From NCBI RefSeq assembly GCF_052114865.1, contig NZ_JBFRFO010000008.1, forward strand, positions 210,583 through 274,582: a DNA stretch of 64,000 nt, given 5' to 3'. How positions within the stretch are numbered: the stretch's first letter is position 1; every line of letters begins with the position of its first letter. The notes under the pieces are model-generated. The model was not told the origin of the DNA. It was given only the letters and a program-made list of their open reading frames with translations, and did no database searches. Shown one piece after another: positions 41,482 to 51,554 of the stretch. This DNA is from Hyphomicrobium sp. 2TAF46. GTDB taxonomy: Bacteria; Pseudomonadota; Alphaproteobacteria; Rhizobiales; Hyphomicrobiaceae. The position numbers and the translations under genes are program-made.

Positions 41482-42606
41482 ATGCGAGGCATCAAGTTAC
41501 TGTTGGAATTCGCCCTCGTCGCATTTGCAGCCGCTCTCGCGCGTACCGCTTCAGTGCCGGCGGCCGAGGCGCCACCACCGCCATCCGTGTCGGTCGTCGC
41601 CGTTGCGCAGCGACAGGTCACCGAAACAGGCGACTTCGTGGGCCGGGTGACCGCTGTCGATAAAGTTGACATTGTCGCGCGAATTGAAGGCTTTATTGAA
41701 GAACGAACCTTCGTCGAAGGACAGTTCGTCAAGAAAGGCGATCTTCTCTTTCGCATCGAGCAGGATCTTTACAAGGCCGCAGTTGAACAACAACGCGCCA
41801 ACCTAGAGCAAGCCAAAGCAAACTCCGTGAACGCAGATCTCCAGCTGAAGCGGGGGAAGGAACTCATCAACGATCGCCTGGCGATCTCGCAGTCAGATCT
41901 CGATCAGCGCACGGCGAATGCCGCGTCGGCAAAAGCGCAAGTATTGCAAGCACAGGCGCAGCTCGATCAGGCGCAAATAAACCTCGGCTATACGGAAATC
42001 CGCGCGCCCGTCAACGGCCGAATTGGCATCGCCTACTTTACAGTTGGCAACTTGGTCAATCCTTCTTCGGGGCGGCTTGCGACGCTCGTCAGCCAGGATC
42101 CGATCTACGTTATCTTCCAGGCAAGCCAGCGCGATGTGCTGGCTTACAAGCGCCGGGTCGCAGAATCCGAGGACAAGAGCCCGCACGCCACGGTTCACAT
42201 TCGTCTGCCAAACGGAGTTCTTTATGAGCATCCGGGCATAACCAACCTGCTCGATGTTCAGGCCGATCCGAATACGGACACGATCGCGGTGCGCGCGACA
42301 GTCCCCAATCCCGATGGCATCCTCGTCCCGGGCGGCGTCGTTGGCGTCACGGTCGACCGCGGCAAACCAAAAAACGCACTCGTCGTGCCACAGGCGGCGG
42401 TCCAGCTCGATCAGGGCGGGCGATATGTTTTGGTCGTCGGCAAAGAACGAAAGGTCGAGATCCGGCGGGTGACGACCGGCGCGGAGATTGAGAGAGACGT
42501 TGTCATTACGGAAGGATTGCACGAGGGCGAGCAAGTTATCGTCGAGGGGATCCAAAAAGTTCATCCCGGTCAAATCGTCGACGCTGCGCCTGTAAGTGGG
42601 AATTAG
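41482..42606 (+). CDS. efflux RND transporter periplasmic adaptor subunit
   Basis: Signal/anchor, then lipoyl hairpin, coiled coil (AKANSVNADLQLKRGKELI…AQAQLDQAQINLGYTEIRAPVNGRIG), beta-barrel domain. ATG 41482 with TGGAG SD. Confidence 0.8.
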   Translation: MRGIKLLLEFALVAFAAALARTASVPAAEAPPPPSVSVVAVAQRQVTETGDFVGRVTAVDKVDIVARIEGFIEERTFVEGQFVKKGDLLFRIEQDLYKAAVEQQRANLEQAKANSVNADLQLKRGKELINDRLAISQSDLDQRTANAASAKAQVLQAQAQLDQAQINLGYTEIRAPVNGRIGIAYFTVGNLVNPSSGRLATLVSQDPIYVIFQASQRDVLAYKRRVAESEDKSPHATVHIRLPNGVLYEHPGITNLLDVQADPNTDTIAVRATVPNPDGILVPGGVVGVTVDRGKPKNALVVPQAAVQLDQGGRYVLVVGKERKVEIRRVTTGAEIERDVVITEGLHEGEQVIVEGIQKVHPGQIVDAAPVSGN

Positions 42607-42612
42607 CGAGAG

Positions 42613-45600
42613 ATGCTGTCGGGGATCTTCATCGACAGACCTCGCCTCGCCTTCGTAATCGCCATTGTCATTACGCTCGCAGGCATCATTGCCATTCGCG
42701 TTATTCCAATCGCGCAATTTCCCGACATCGTGCCGCCGCAAGTCACGTTGACGGCTACATATCCAGGCGCGGATCCCGAGGTCGTCGAAACAACGGTCGC
42801 GCAGCCCATCGAGCAACAGGTCAATGGTGTCGACAATGCACTTTATTATCAGTCGGCCAGCGGTTCAGACGGCAGCTACACACTCAACGTGACTTTTGCC
42901 CTTGGCACCGATCCCGATATCAACACGGTCAATGTTCAGAACAGAGCGAGTCTCGCAGCCCCGCAATTGCCGCAAGAAGTGACGCGCGCGGGCCTATCTG
43001 TGCGTAAGAAGTCCGCCGCCCTCTTGCAGGTGATCAGCATTTATTCTCCGAAAAATACCCACGACGCCGTCTACCTCAGCAACTACGCGACGATCAACAT
43101 CATCGATGTGCTCGCGAGAATTAATGGCGTCGGACAGGTCGCGTTGTTCGGACCATTGGACTACTCATTGCGGATCTGGCTTGACCCCGACCGGCTGACT
43201 GAGCTTCAGCTGACGCCTGGAGATGTGATTGCAGCCGTCCAAAGTCAAAACGTTCAAGCTGCGCTTGGAAGGATCGGCGCCGCCCCGACGTCGAGCACAC
43301 AGCAATATCAGATCTCGATTAAAACAAAGGGGCGGCTGACGCATCCCGAAGATTTCGCGGCCATCATTCTGCGTACAAATCCCGACGGATCCATCGTACG
43401 CATAAAGGATGTGGCTCGCGTCGAGATGGGTGCGCGCTCTCAAGATCGGCACAGCCGATTCAACGGAGCCCCGGCAGCCGCTTTGGGCATATATCAGACA
43501 CCGGGATCCAATGCGGTTGAGGTCACCCAGGCGGTGCGTAACGCGATGGATAAGCTGGCGGAACGTTTTCCCGATGACCTCGCCTACTCAATCTTTTTCG
43601 ATTCAACTGTCTTCGTGACTGCGACGATCACCGAGGTGATCCACACGCTCGTCATTGCAATCGCTCTGGTTGGCGTCGTTGTTTTTATTTTCCTTGGACG
43701 AGCCCGAACGACACTTATTCCGCTGGTCGCAGTTCCCGTTTCGATCATCGGCACTTTTGCGGTGCTTCTCGCCATCGGCTACACGGCGAATACTGTGTCG
43801 TTGCTCGCGCTCGTGCTCGCAATTGGTATCGTCGTCGATGATGCCATCGTCGTCGTTGAAAATGTGGAACGCGTTATCGAAGAGGAACCCGAGCTCAGCA
43901 TTCGGGACGCCTGCAAAAAAGCGATGTCGGAGATCACGGCACCGATCATCGCGATCACACTCGTGCTGTTGTCCGTTTTCGTTCCTGTAGCTTTCATTCC
44001 GGGTATCAGCGGACAGCTCTTTCGTCAGTTTGCGGTCGCCGTGTCTGTCGCGATGTTGATCTCGGCACTCAACGCTCTAACCTTAAGTCCAGCACTTTGT
44101 TCTGTCCTGTTGAAGCGCGGTCAATCAGCCTCAGGACCGATGCGTTATGTACTCGCCGGCATCGATCACACCCGAGATGGGTACGTCTTTATTGTTCGCA
44201 GGATCGTACGGCGATGGGGAATTGCGATACTTTGCGTGCTTGGCACGCTCGCGGCTTCCGCTTGGCTGTTCAACAAGACGCCGAAGAGCTTCCTTCCTGA
44301 TGAAGATCAAGGCGCGATCTTCGCTGCCCTCAGACTTCCTGAAGGCGCATCCATTCCTAGAACGGAGGAGGTGGTAAAGCAGATCGAGGATATCGTTCGG
44401 CCTATACCGGGTGTTGAGGGTGTCCTATCGGTCGTCGGCCTGAACTTTATCGATTATGTCGCGTCGTCCAATCAGGCTTTTTTCGTCATCCGATTGAAGC
44501 CTTACGAAGAGCGTACGCGGCCATCCGAGAGTGCAGACGCCATCATCGCGCAGCTGCGGCCCCGAATGGCGGCAATCAAGGATGCCATCGCATTTCCATT
44601 CAATCTGCCTCCGATTCTTGGTCTCGGCAGCACGGGCGGATTCCAGTTCGTGTTGGAGGCGTTGCAAGGTCAGTCGGCGACCGATCTTGCGGCGACACTT
44701 CGCGCGCTGGTGGTTGCCGCTAATTCGCAACCCGAGTTGGCCGGTGTATTTAGTACCTACGCCGCAGACACGCCCCAGATTTATCTCGATATCGATCGCG
44801 ACAAGGCACAGGTGCTGGGTGTCAGTATCTCAGATATCTTTAATGCGCTCGAATCGACACTTGGCAGTTACTACGTCAACGATTTCAATATTTTTGGCCG
44901 CACCTGGCAAGTCAATCTCCAGGCGGAGATTCCTTTCCGAAAACGCATTGACGATATCTATCGAATTTACGTGCGGAACAGCCACGGCAGCATGGTGCCG
45001 ATGCGCGCACTTGCCGACGCAAAGCTGGTGCAAGGACCGCAAACAGTCGTTCGCTATAACGGTTATCGCGCCGCAATCATCAATGGTGCTCAAAAACCTG
45101 GCTACAGCTCGGGTCAAGCGTTGACCGCCATGGAAAGGATTTCAGCGTCGACCTTGCCTGCGGGGTTCAGCTTTGAGTGGACGGGAACGGCATTGCAGGA
45201 AGTAGCCGCAAGCGGCCGAACTGGCATTGTCCTGACGCTCGCAGTCTTGTTTGCTTATCTCTTTCTCGTCGCACTCTACGAAAGTTGGAACATACCGATT
45301 CCTGTGCTTCTTTCCGTGAGCGTCGCCGTTCTCGGTGCGATTGTTGCTGTGCTGAAAGCAGGTCTTGCTTTTAATGTCTATGGTCAGATCGGTCTCGTGG
45401 TCCTGATCGCTCTCGCTGCTAAAAACGGAATTTTGATCGTCGCATTTGCCGTCGAGCTACGGCAGGCCGGTAAAGGCATCGCGGAAAGCGCGATTGAAGC
45501 CGCACGCCTTCGTTTTCGACCGGTCATGATGACGAGCTTTGCCTTCATCTTAGGATTGGTCCCGCTCGTCTTTGCCGTCGGTCCAGGCGCATTGACGAGA

Positions 45601-45735
45601 CAGGCGGTAGCGACACCGGTATTTGGCGGCATGCTTGCCGCCTCGCTGCTTGGGATTTTCGTTATTCCTCTTCTTTACGCAGGTGCACAGCGGCTGCGGG
45701 AAAGTGCAAGCCGGAAGGAAAAGCCCGGGGATTGA
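42613..45735 (+). CDS. efflux RND transporter permease subunit (AcrB family)
   Basis: 1040 aa, 12 TM, two large periplasmic loops. AcrB-type N-terminus MLSGIFIDRPRLAFVIAIVITLAGIIAI and conserved LALVLAIGIVVDDAIVVVENVER. Confidence 0.9.
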   Translation: MLSGIFIDRPRLAFVIAIVITLAGIIAIRVIPIAQFPDIVPPQVTLTATYPGADPEVVETTVAQPIEQQVNGVDNALYYQSASGSDGSYTLNVTFALGTDPDINTVNVQNRASLAAPQLPQEVTRAGLSVRKKSAALLQVISIYSPKNTHDAVYLSNYATINIIDVLARINGVGQVALFGPLDYSLRIWLDPDRLTELQLTPGDVIAAVQSQNVQAALGRIGAAPTSSTQQYQISIKTKGRLTHPEDFAAIILRTNPDGSIVRIKDVARVEMGARSQDRHSRFNGAPAAALGIYQTPGSNAVEVTQAVRNAMDKLAERFPDDLAYSIFFDSTVFVTATITEVIHTLVIAIALVGVVVFIFLGRARTTLIPLVAVPVSIIGTFAVLLAIGYTANTVSLLALVLAIGIVVDDAIVVVENVERVIEEEPELSIRDACKKAMSEITAPIIAITLVLLSVFVPVAFIPGISGQLFRQFAVAVSVAMLISALNALTLSPALCSVLLKRGQSASGPMRYVLAGIDHTRDGYVFIVRRIVRRWGIAILCVLGTLAASAWLFNKTPKSFLPDEDQGAIFAALRLPEGASIPRTEEVVKQIEDIVRPIPGVEGVLSVVGLNFIDYVASSNQAFFVIRLKPYEERTRPSESADAIIAQLRPRMAAIKDAIAFPFNLPPILGLGSTGGFQFVLEALQGQSATDLAATLRALVVAANSQPELAGVFSTYAADTPQIYLDIDRDKAQVLGVSISDIFNALESTLGSYYVNDFNIFGRTWQVNLQAEIPFRKRIDDIYRIYVRNSHGSMVPMRALADAKLVQGPQTVVRYNGYRAAIINGAQKPGYSSGQALTAMERISASTLPAGFSFEWTGTALQEVAASGRTGIVLTLAVLFAYLFLVALYESWNIPIPVLLSVSVAVLGAIVAVLKAGLAFNVYGQIGLVVLIALAAKNGILIVAFAVELRQAGKGIAESAIEAARLRFRPVMMTSFAFILGLVPLVFAVGPGALTRQAVATPVFGGMLAASLLGIFVIPLLYAGAQRLRESASRKEKPGD

Positions 45736-46055
45736 CCAAGCATTGGCTGCAACCTGAGGCCCGCTAGGAACGCATCATCGAGATTAAATTTGAGCATCGT
45801 CTCGCAACGACGGCTTCGCGAGCCGCGGGACTGCCATCCATTGCGAATTCCCGCCGGGCACAATCGTCGCTGGATGGGGTGAGCCGGCACTCTTGTCGAG
45901 TTTCCAATGGATCATCGCCATTTTCGCACTATTAGGAAATGACTTGCCGTTGTTGGGGACACCTGATCGGTACATACTCGCGCAATTGACGCTGCACAGC
46001 CCAAACATCCGTGCTTACATGGGTGTGGCGCATTTCAAATGAGCGGAGATAGGCA

Positions 46056-47456
46056 ATGGTCCAAAGACCAGATTCAACCTTTTACGCATCTCCGAAGCTC
46101 GCCAGCGAAGCCCCGCCCGAGACGTTTGCCTACACGCTGCTCCTCAGCCCGGATTTCTCGAAGCCCGATGCGCTCGCCGTCGTCGACGTCGATCCGTCAT
46201 CCGCCCAATATGGGAAAATCGTTCACACAGTGACGATGCCGAACAAAGGTGATGAGTTCCATCATTTCGGTTGGAACGCATGTTCCTCCGCATTGTCGCC
46301 ACTCACGGGCCACGCATTTGTCGAAAGACGATACCTCATCATCCCTGGGCTCCGGTCGTCGCGGCTTTACGTCATCGATACCAAGCCGCATCCGACCCAA
46401 GCTAAAATTCACAAGATCATCGAGTCGGAAGAGATCTTTCACAAGACCGGCTATTCGCGCCCTCATACAGTACATTGCGGACCGGATGGTATCTACGTCA
46501 GCACGCTGGGCGGCGCGGGTCCCAATGGCACCGACGGGCCTCCCGGCATCTTCATCCTCGACTGCGAGACGTTCGACGTGCTCGGCCGATGGGAAATCGA
46601 TCGCGGACCACAAACACTGCACTACGATTTCTGGTGGAATCTTCCGCGCAATTACATGGTGAGCAGCGAATGGGGACTGCCACCACAGTTCGAGAACGGA
46701 ATCGTTGCGGAAGACTTGCTCGCCAACAAGTATGGCCACCGCGTTCATTTTTGGGATCTCGCCGCGCGCCGCAACGTGCAGACGATTGATCTCGGAGCCA
46801 ATCACCAGATGGCGCTCGAAGTGCGCCCTGCGCACGATCCAGCTCGCGAATATGGCTTTCTCGGCGTCGTCGTTGATACGACCAATCTCGAAGGTTCGAT
46901 CTGGACGTGGTGGCGCGAAGGCGAAAAATTTCGCATCGAGAAAACCGCGACCATCCCGCCGGAAAAAGCCGATCCGGACCTGCTTCCACCTCTGCTCAAA
47001 GGCTTCGGCGCTGTGCCGCCGCTAGTCACGGACATAGATCTCTCGCTCGACGATAGGTTTCTTTACGTCGCTTGCTGGGGCACCGGCGAGCTACGCCAGT
47101 ATGACGTCACAGACCCGCACAAACCGAAGCTGACAGGATCGGTCCGCGCCGGCGGCATCGCCCGGAAAAGCCCGCACCCGAACGGCGCCCCATTCGCTGG
47201 CGGACCTCAGATGCTGGAAATCAGCCGCGACGGCAAACGTGTCTACGTCACCAACTCGCTCTATTCGACGTGGGACGATCAATTCTATCCCTCCGGCGTC
47301 CCGGGGACAGTCGCGTTGGTGAACGTCAACCCATCAGGCGGCATTGAACTAGACCAAAAGTTCGGAGTTGAGATCCCGGAAGGCTACCGCACGCATCAGA
47401 TCAGGCTCGAAGGCGGCGACTGCTCAACTGATTCATTCTGTTATTCATCCGCGTGA
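46056..47456 (+). CDS. selenium-binding protein (SBP56) family / methanethiol oxidase-like
   Basis: SBP56 beta-propeller signatures throughout (FAYTLLLSPDFSKPDALAVVDVDP…HHFGWNACSS…HTVHCGPDGIYVSTLG…). No signal peptide. Confidence 0.8.
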   Translation: MVQRPDSTFYASPKLASEAPPETFAYTLLLSPDFSKPDALAVVDVDPSSAQYGKIVHTVTMPNKGDEFHHFGWNACSSALSPLTGHAFVERRYLIIPGLRSSRLYVIDTKPHPTQAKIHKIIESEEIFHKTGYSRPHTVHCGPDGIYVSTLGGAGPNGTDGPPGIFILDCETFDVLGRWEIDRGPQTLHYDFWWNLPRNYMVSSEWGLPPQFENGIVAEDLLANKYGHRVHFWDLAARRNVQTIDLGANHQMALEVRPAHDPAREYGFLGVVVDTTNLEGSIWTWWREGEKFRIEKTATIPPEKADPDLLPPLLKGFGAVPPLVTDIDLSLDDRFLYVACWGTGELRQYDVTDPHKPKLTGSVRAGGIARKSPHPNGAPFAGGPQMLEISRDGKRVYVTNSLYSTWDDQFYPSGVPGTVALVNVNPSGGIELDQKFGVEIPEGYRTHQIRLEGGDCSTDSFCYSSA

Positions 47457-48124
47457 CGCACTCTGCGGAAGGCTGGAACGCCGGGCTGTGGCTGGCCGTC
47501 ATCGTCAGCGGGATCTATCACGGGATCAACCCGGGGATGGGCTGGCCACTCGCTGTCTCCGCCGGATTGATGGAGCGGCGTCAGGCGGCACTCTTCAGGG
47601 CGCTTGGCATTCTTGCCGGCGGCCATTTCGCTGCAATGGCAATAATTCTCCTCCCGTTCAGTCTCCTCACGACGCTTGTGAGCTGGAGCCGCCAGATCCA
47701 GATCTCAGCGTCCCTCCTCGTCATCGGCTTCGGAGTATTCCTATTCTTCAACCGGCGGCACCCGCGGGCCCTCGCCCGGATCCCGCCAGCGAAACTCGCG
47801 CTCTGGTCGTTCGCCATCGCCATGGCCCATGGAGCCGGATTGATGCTCCTCCCGATTTACCTTGGGCTTTGTTCGGCATCACAACCATTGGACCCGGGAC
47901 ACGAAGCCGCGATTGCTCTCGCGTCACATAATTTGACCCTAGCACTCGGCGTCGCTGCCATACACACCGCCGCAATGATTGCCGCCGGCGGCATCATTGC
48001 TTGGAGCGTATACCGGTATCTCGGGCTGCAAATTCTCTCGAAACTCTGGATCAACCTCGATGCCTTCTGGGCTCTAAGCCTCATCGCGGTCGGTCTTTCG
48101 TCGATTGTCGCGTTTATTGGATAA
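47453..48124 (+). CDS. hypothetical 6-TM membrane protein with His-Gly motifs in helices
   Basis: GIYHGINPGMGW, AGGHFAAMAI, AMAHGAGLML. GTG start overlapping SBP56 stop. Family not recognised; possible metal or sulfur transporter. Confidence 0.45.
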   Translation: MTHSAEGWNAGLWLAVIVSGIYHGINPGMGWPLAVSAGLMERRQAALFRALGILAGGHFAAMAIILLPFSLLTTLVSWSRQIQISASLLVIGFGVFLFFNRRHPRALARIPPAKLALWSFAIAMAHGAGLMLLPIYLGLCSASQPLDPGHEAAIALASHNLTLALGVAAIHTAAMIAAGGIIAWSVYRYLGLQILSKLWINLDAFWALSLIAVGLSSIVAFIG

Positions 48125-48470
48125 AACCGCGTGACGCTCGTCACCGGCCATCGCGTTCACTCACTCTTGCCCTCGATCCCAATCGAGTTTTCGAGGCAAT
48201 TACTTGTCGAGCATGTTTTCGAAATCTCGCTAGAGTTCGCTGTCAACGCGGCTTGTGTGCCCGTCTGTGAAATCGAACGCACTTTTTCTTTGTTCAAGCA
48301 TAACCTCAAGACACATAGCTTTAGAAGGCTCGTTGCCGGTGATCGCATGATGCACCCAACGAGCAGCGATGGGCCGGGGGCAATCGGGTTCAGTCGTTTC
48401 GGAGCAGTGCGATGCCGGGCTCAAGTCTGGCGAGACCGCTGGCCGCGCCCCGCAGCTTCAATCTGGAGGT

Positions 48471-49415
48471 ATGTGTCCGATGTTGAAACCGATATTCCTG
48501 CGCTGCGCAGTCGTGGCAGCGGCACTGGTGTTGGCGGCCCCTGCATATGCTGCCGACGCAAAGGAAGCACTCGTCACCTACGAGTGGGTGCAGAAAAATC
48601 TCGACAATCCCAAGGTTCGGATTGTGGAAGTCAGCGTCGACCCTGGCGTCTATGAGCGCGGCCACGTACCCGGCGCCGTGAACTTTCGTTGGCATACCGA
48701 CCTCGTCGACAAAGTCTCTCGTGACATTGTCTCGCGCGCGGATTTCCAGAAGCTCATTCAGGGCGCCGGCATCGACAAGGATACGACCGTCGTTCTCTAT
48801 GGCGACAACAACAACTGGTTTGCCGCCTGGGGCGCCTGGGTGTTTCACGTCCATGGTCTTGGAAACCAAGTCCGCCTGCTGGACGGCGGTCGTAAGATTT
48901 GGGAGTTGAAGCAACTTCCGCTCGATACGAAAACGCCGACCATCACCGCATCGTCGTACTCGCTACCTGAGGGCAATCCCAACATTCGCGCCCGCCTGAG
49001 CGACGTGCTCGCCGCCGCTGAAAAAAAGGTAGACGTGCACGTCATCGACATCCGCTCGGCAGACGAGTACGCGGGGAAGATATTCGCTCCCGAGGGCTCC
49101 AAGGAACTGTCGGTGCGTGCGGGTCACGTACCCGGCGCGATCAACGTGACGTGGAGCAAAGCCGTGAACGCCGAGGACGGCACCTTCAAATCTGCAGGCG
49201 AGCTGAAGAAGCTCTATGCGGATGCCGGCATCGACGGGTCGAAGCCGATCATCACGTACTGCCGCATCGGCGAGCGGTCGAGCCATACCTGGTTTCTCCT
49301 GACGCAGATCCTTGGCTACGACGTCAAGAATTATGACGGCTCCTGGACAGAGTACGGAAACTCCGTCGGCGTTCCGGTCGCGAATTTGGCTGGCACCGTC
49401 TGGCTTGGAAAGTAA
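48471..49415 (+). CDS. periplasmic tandem-rhodanese sulfurtransferase (thiosulfate/3-mercaptopyruvate type)
   Basis: Signal peptide MLKPIFLRCAVVAAALVLAAPAYAA. Two rhodanese domains; active-site loop ITYCRIGERSSH (CRxGxR). Confidence 0.8.
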   Translation: MCPMLKPIFLRCAVVAAALVLAAPAYAADAKEALVTYEWVQKNLDNPKVRIVEVSVDPGVYERGHVPGAVNFRWHTDLVDKVSRDIVSRADFQKLIQGAGIDKDTTVVLYGDNNNWFAAWGAWVFHVHGLGNQVRLLDGGRKIWELKQLPLDTKTPTITASSYSLPEGNPNIRARLSDVLAAAEKKVDVHVIDIRSADEYAGKIFAPEGSKELSVRAGHVPGAINVTWSKAVNAEDGTFKSAGELKKLYADAGIDGSKPIITYCRIGERSSHTWFLLTQILGYDVKNYDGSWTEYGNSVGVPVANLAGTVWLGK

Positions 49416-49490
49416 GCCTGTCCAACCCCCGTAATTCCGGCACCGGCGGGGCCCGACCCCCGCCGGTGCATGCACGCTTAGGAACAACGC

Positions 49491-50708
49491 GTGATCTATC
49501 GTCTGAGCTTCGGCGCATTGGCTTTTGCGGCCATAGTGGCACTCGCCGTTTATTTTGGCCGCGACACCGAGGGATCGAATCTTCTCCAGTCGATTGTGCT
49601 TGGCGCGCTGCTCGGTTCGGTCTTGCAACGCTCCCGCTTTTGCTTCCATTGCCACTGGCGGGATTTCATCGCCGAGCGAGACCCCCGCGGCTTCGCGGCC
49701 ATACTCGCGGCACTTGCCACCGGAACAGTCGGTTATCTTGTGCTCTTCGGCGCCTGGCTCCCCGACCCGTCGACGGGTCGCCTTCCACCCAATGCCCATA
49801 TAGGTCCAACAGGGCCGGTGCTCGCCGCGGCGGCATTCGTTTTTGGTATCGGGATGGCAGTTTCGGGATCGTGCGTCTCCGGCCACCTTTATCGCCTAGG
49901 CGAAGGTTCGCCGACCGCACCCTTCGCACTTGCAGGTGTCGTTGGCGGATTTGTGCTCGGCTTCAACACGTGGAATGATCTTTACGTCTTCTCCATCGCG
50001 ACCGCGCCAACGCTCTGGCTGCCCGCGCATCTCGGCTACACAGGCTGGGTCATTTTGCAGCTCGGCGTGATCGCAGCGCTCGCGGCGATCGTTGCGGCGC
50101 TCGGAAGACTACCAAAGTCCGCGACCGCGGATGGTTACGACGGCCCACTTCGGTACGCCCTGAGGCGTATCTTTGTCGATCGATGGCCAGCGACGTTGGG
50201 TGGGGCCGCGGTGGGGGTAATTGCAACGATCGCGTATTTTCAAGTGCAACCGCTCGGTGTCACCAGCGCCCTGGGCAGCGTTGCTCGCTCCTTAGCGGGA
50301 ACAGTTGATCTGCTGCCCGACACGCTGCATGGCCTCGACGGGTTTGCAGGCTGCCGCACCACGGCCGCGCGCTTATTGACGCCCAACGCGGCGTTCATCG
50401 TCGGATTGGTGCTTGCGAGTTTCGGCTCGGCAGTTGTTGCTGGCCAATTCCGCTCCGCAAGGCCAACGCTCGTCCAGATTTTCCGCGGTTTGAGCGGCGG
50501 CGTTCTGCTGGGCTGGGGAGCCATGACCGCGATCGGTTGCACTATCGGCACCCTTTTGTCGGGGACTATGGCCGGTGCGGCATCGGGCTGGATTTTCTTC
50601 GCGGCGAGCTTCGCGGGAGTGTACGCGTCTTTGCGGCTATCCGAAGCCGCTCGGGCGGTAGCCGCAAGGCGAGCCGCCTCCCCGCCCGAACGTATGACCA
50701 ATCCCTAG
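49491..50708 (+). CDS. YeeE/YedE family sulfur-compound transporter
   Basis: Two internal repeats each with the conserved Cys motif (GMAVSGSCVSG and TAIGCTIGTLLSG). 9 or more TM. GTG start with AGGAA SD. Confidence 0.75.
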   Translation: MIYRLSFGALAFAAIVALAVYFGRDTEGSNLLQSIVLGALLGSVLQRSRFCFHCHWRDFIAERDPRGFAAILAALATGTVGYLVLFGAWLPDPSTGRLPPNAHIGPTGPVLAAAAFVFGIGMAVSGSCVSGHLYRLGEGSPTAPFALAGVVGGFVLGFNTWNDLYVFSIATAPTLWLPAHLGYTGWVILQLGVIAALAAIVAALGRLPKSATADGYDGPLRYALRRIFVDRWPATLGGAAVGVIATIAYFQVQPLGVTSALGSVARSLAGTVDLLPDTLHGLDGFAGCRTTAARLLTPNAAFIVGLVLASFGSAVVAGQFRSARPTLVQIFRGLSGGVLLGWGAMTAIGCTIGTLLSGTMAGAASGWIFFAASFAGVYASLRLSEAARAVAARRAASPPERMTNP

Positions 50709-50966
50709 CCAGAAAACTAAAGTGATGGTTTGGGAGCAACGCGCCCGGCCATTTTTGCGGGAATGATCACGCCGCGTCTGAGGCGCGGGTCTCCGACATC
50801 GCGCGGCAGCGACGATCGTATCGCCACCACTCACCGGTCAGACGCAATAGAAACTTCCTGCTATCGAAATCAAAATTTCGTATTTGCCGCCGCGCGGTTG
50901 CGGCGCCAGGAGTTAACCGGAAAGCGCTCTCGCGCGCGTTCGGTCGTTTCTGCCTTGGGGAAATGC

Positions 50967-51554
50967 ATGGCCCGCTTTCGTCTCCGAACGCCAGATGATG
51001 CGCCTGAAGCATCGAGAGTCGCTTTGGAGGCGGCTCAAAAGAGCAATGGTTTCTTGCCAAATCTTCTTCGGCTGTTGGCGAATGCGCCCACGGCGCTCGA
51101 GACGTATTTGACGGTTGGAGGCATCAACGCCCGTAGCTCGCTCAATCTTGCTGAGCGGGAGGCTGTCCAGATCACGGCAGCTGCCACGCACGGCTGCGGA
51201 TTTTGCGTCGCCGGGCATACGGCGGTCGCGACCAAAAAGGCGAAACTCGACGGAGTTACCGTCGCGGCGCTGCGCGATCTGGCAACCGTCGAAGACGGCA
51301 AGCTCAACGCGATCGCCACCTTCACGCGTGCGGTGATCGCCCGGCGAGGAGCCGTGACCGACGACGAACTCGCAGCTTTTCGCGCCGCCGGCTTTGACGA
51401 TGCCGCGGCCCTTGAGGTCGTGCTGGGTGTGAGCCTCGCGACGCTGTGCAACTTCGCCAATAACCTTGGTCAGCCTCCGCTAAATCCCGAACTCGAGCCC
51501 TATCGATGGGAAGGCCATAGCCAGAACACGACCAAGCACGAGGCGGCGGAATGA
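50967..51554 (+). CDS. carboxymuconolactone decarboxylase (AhpD-like) family protein
   Basis: AhpD-fold core EREAVQITAAATHGCGFCVAGH (Cys/His motif). Internal ATG 50967 preferred over the long ORF start. Confidence 0.6.
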   Translation: MARFRLRTPDDAPEASRVALEAAQKSNGFLPNLLRLLANAPTALETYLTVGGINARSSLNLAEREAVQITAAATHGCGFCVAGHTAVATKKAKLDGVTVAALRDLATVEDGKLNAIATFTRAVIARRGAVTDDELAAFRAAGFDDAAALEVVLGVSLATLCNFANNLGQPPLNPELEPYRWEGHSQNTTKHEAAE

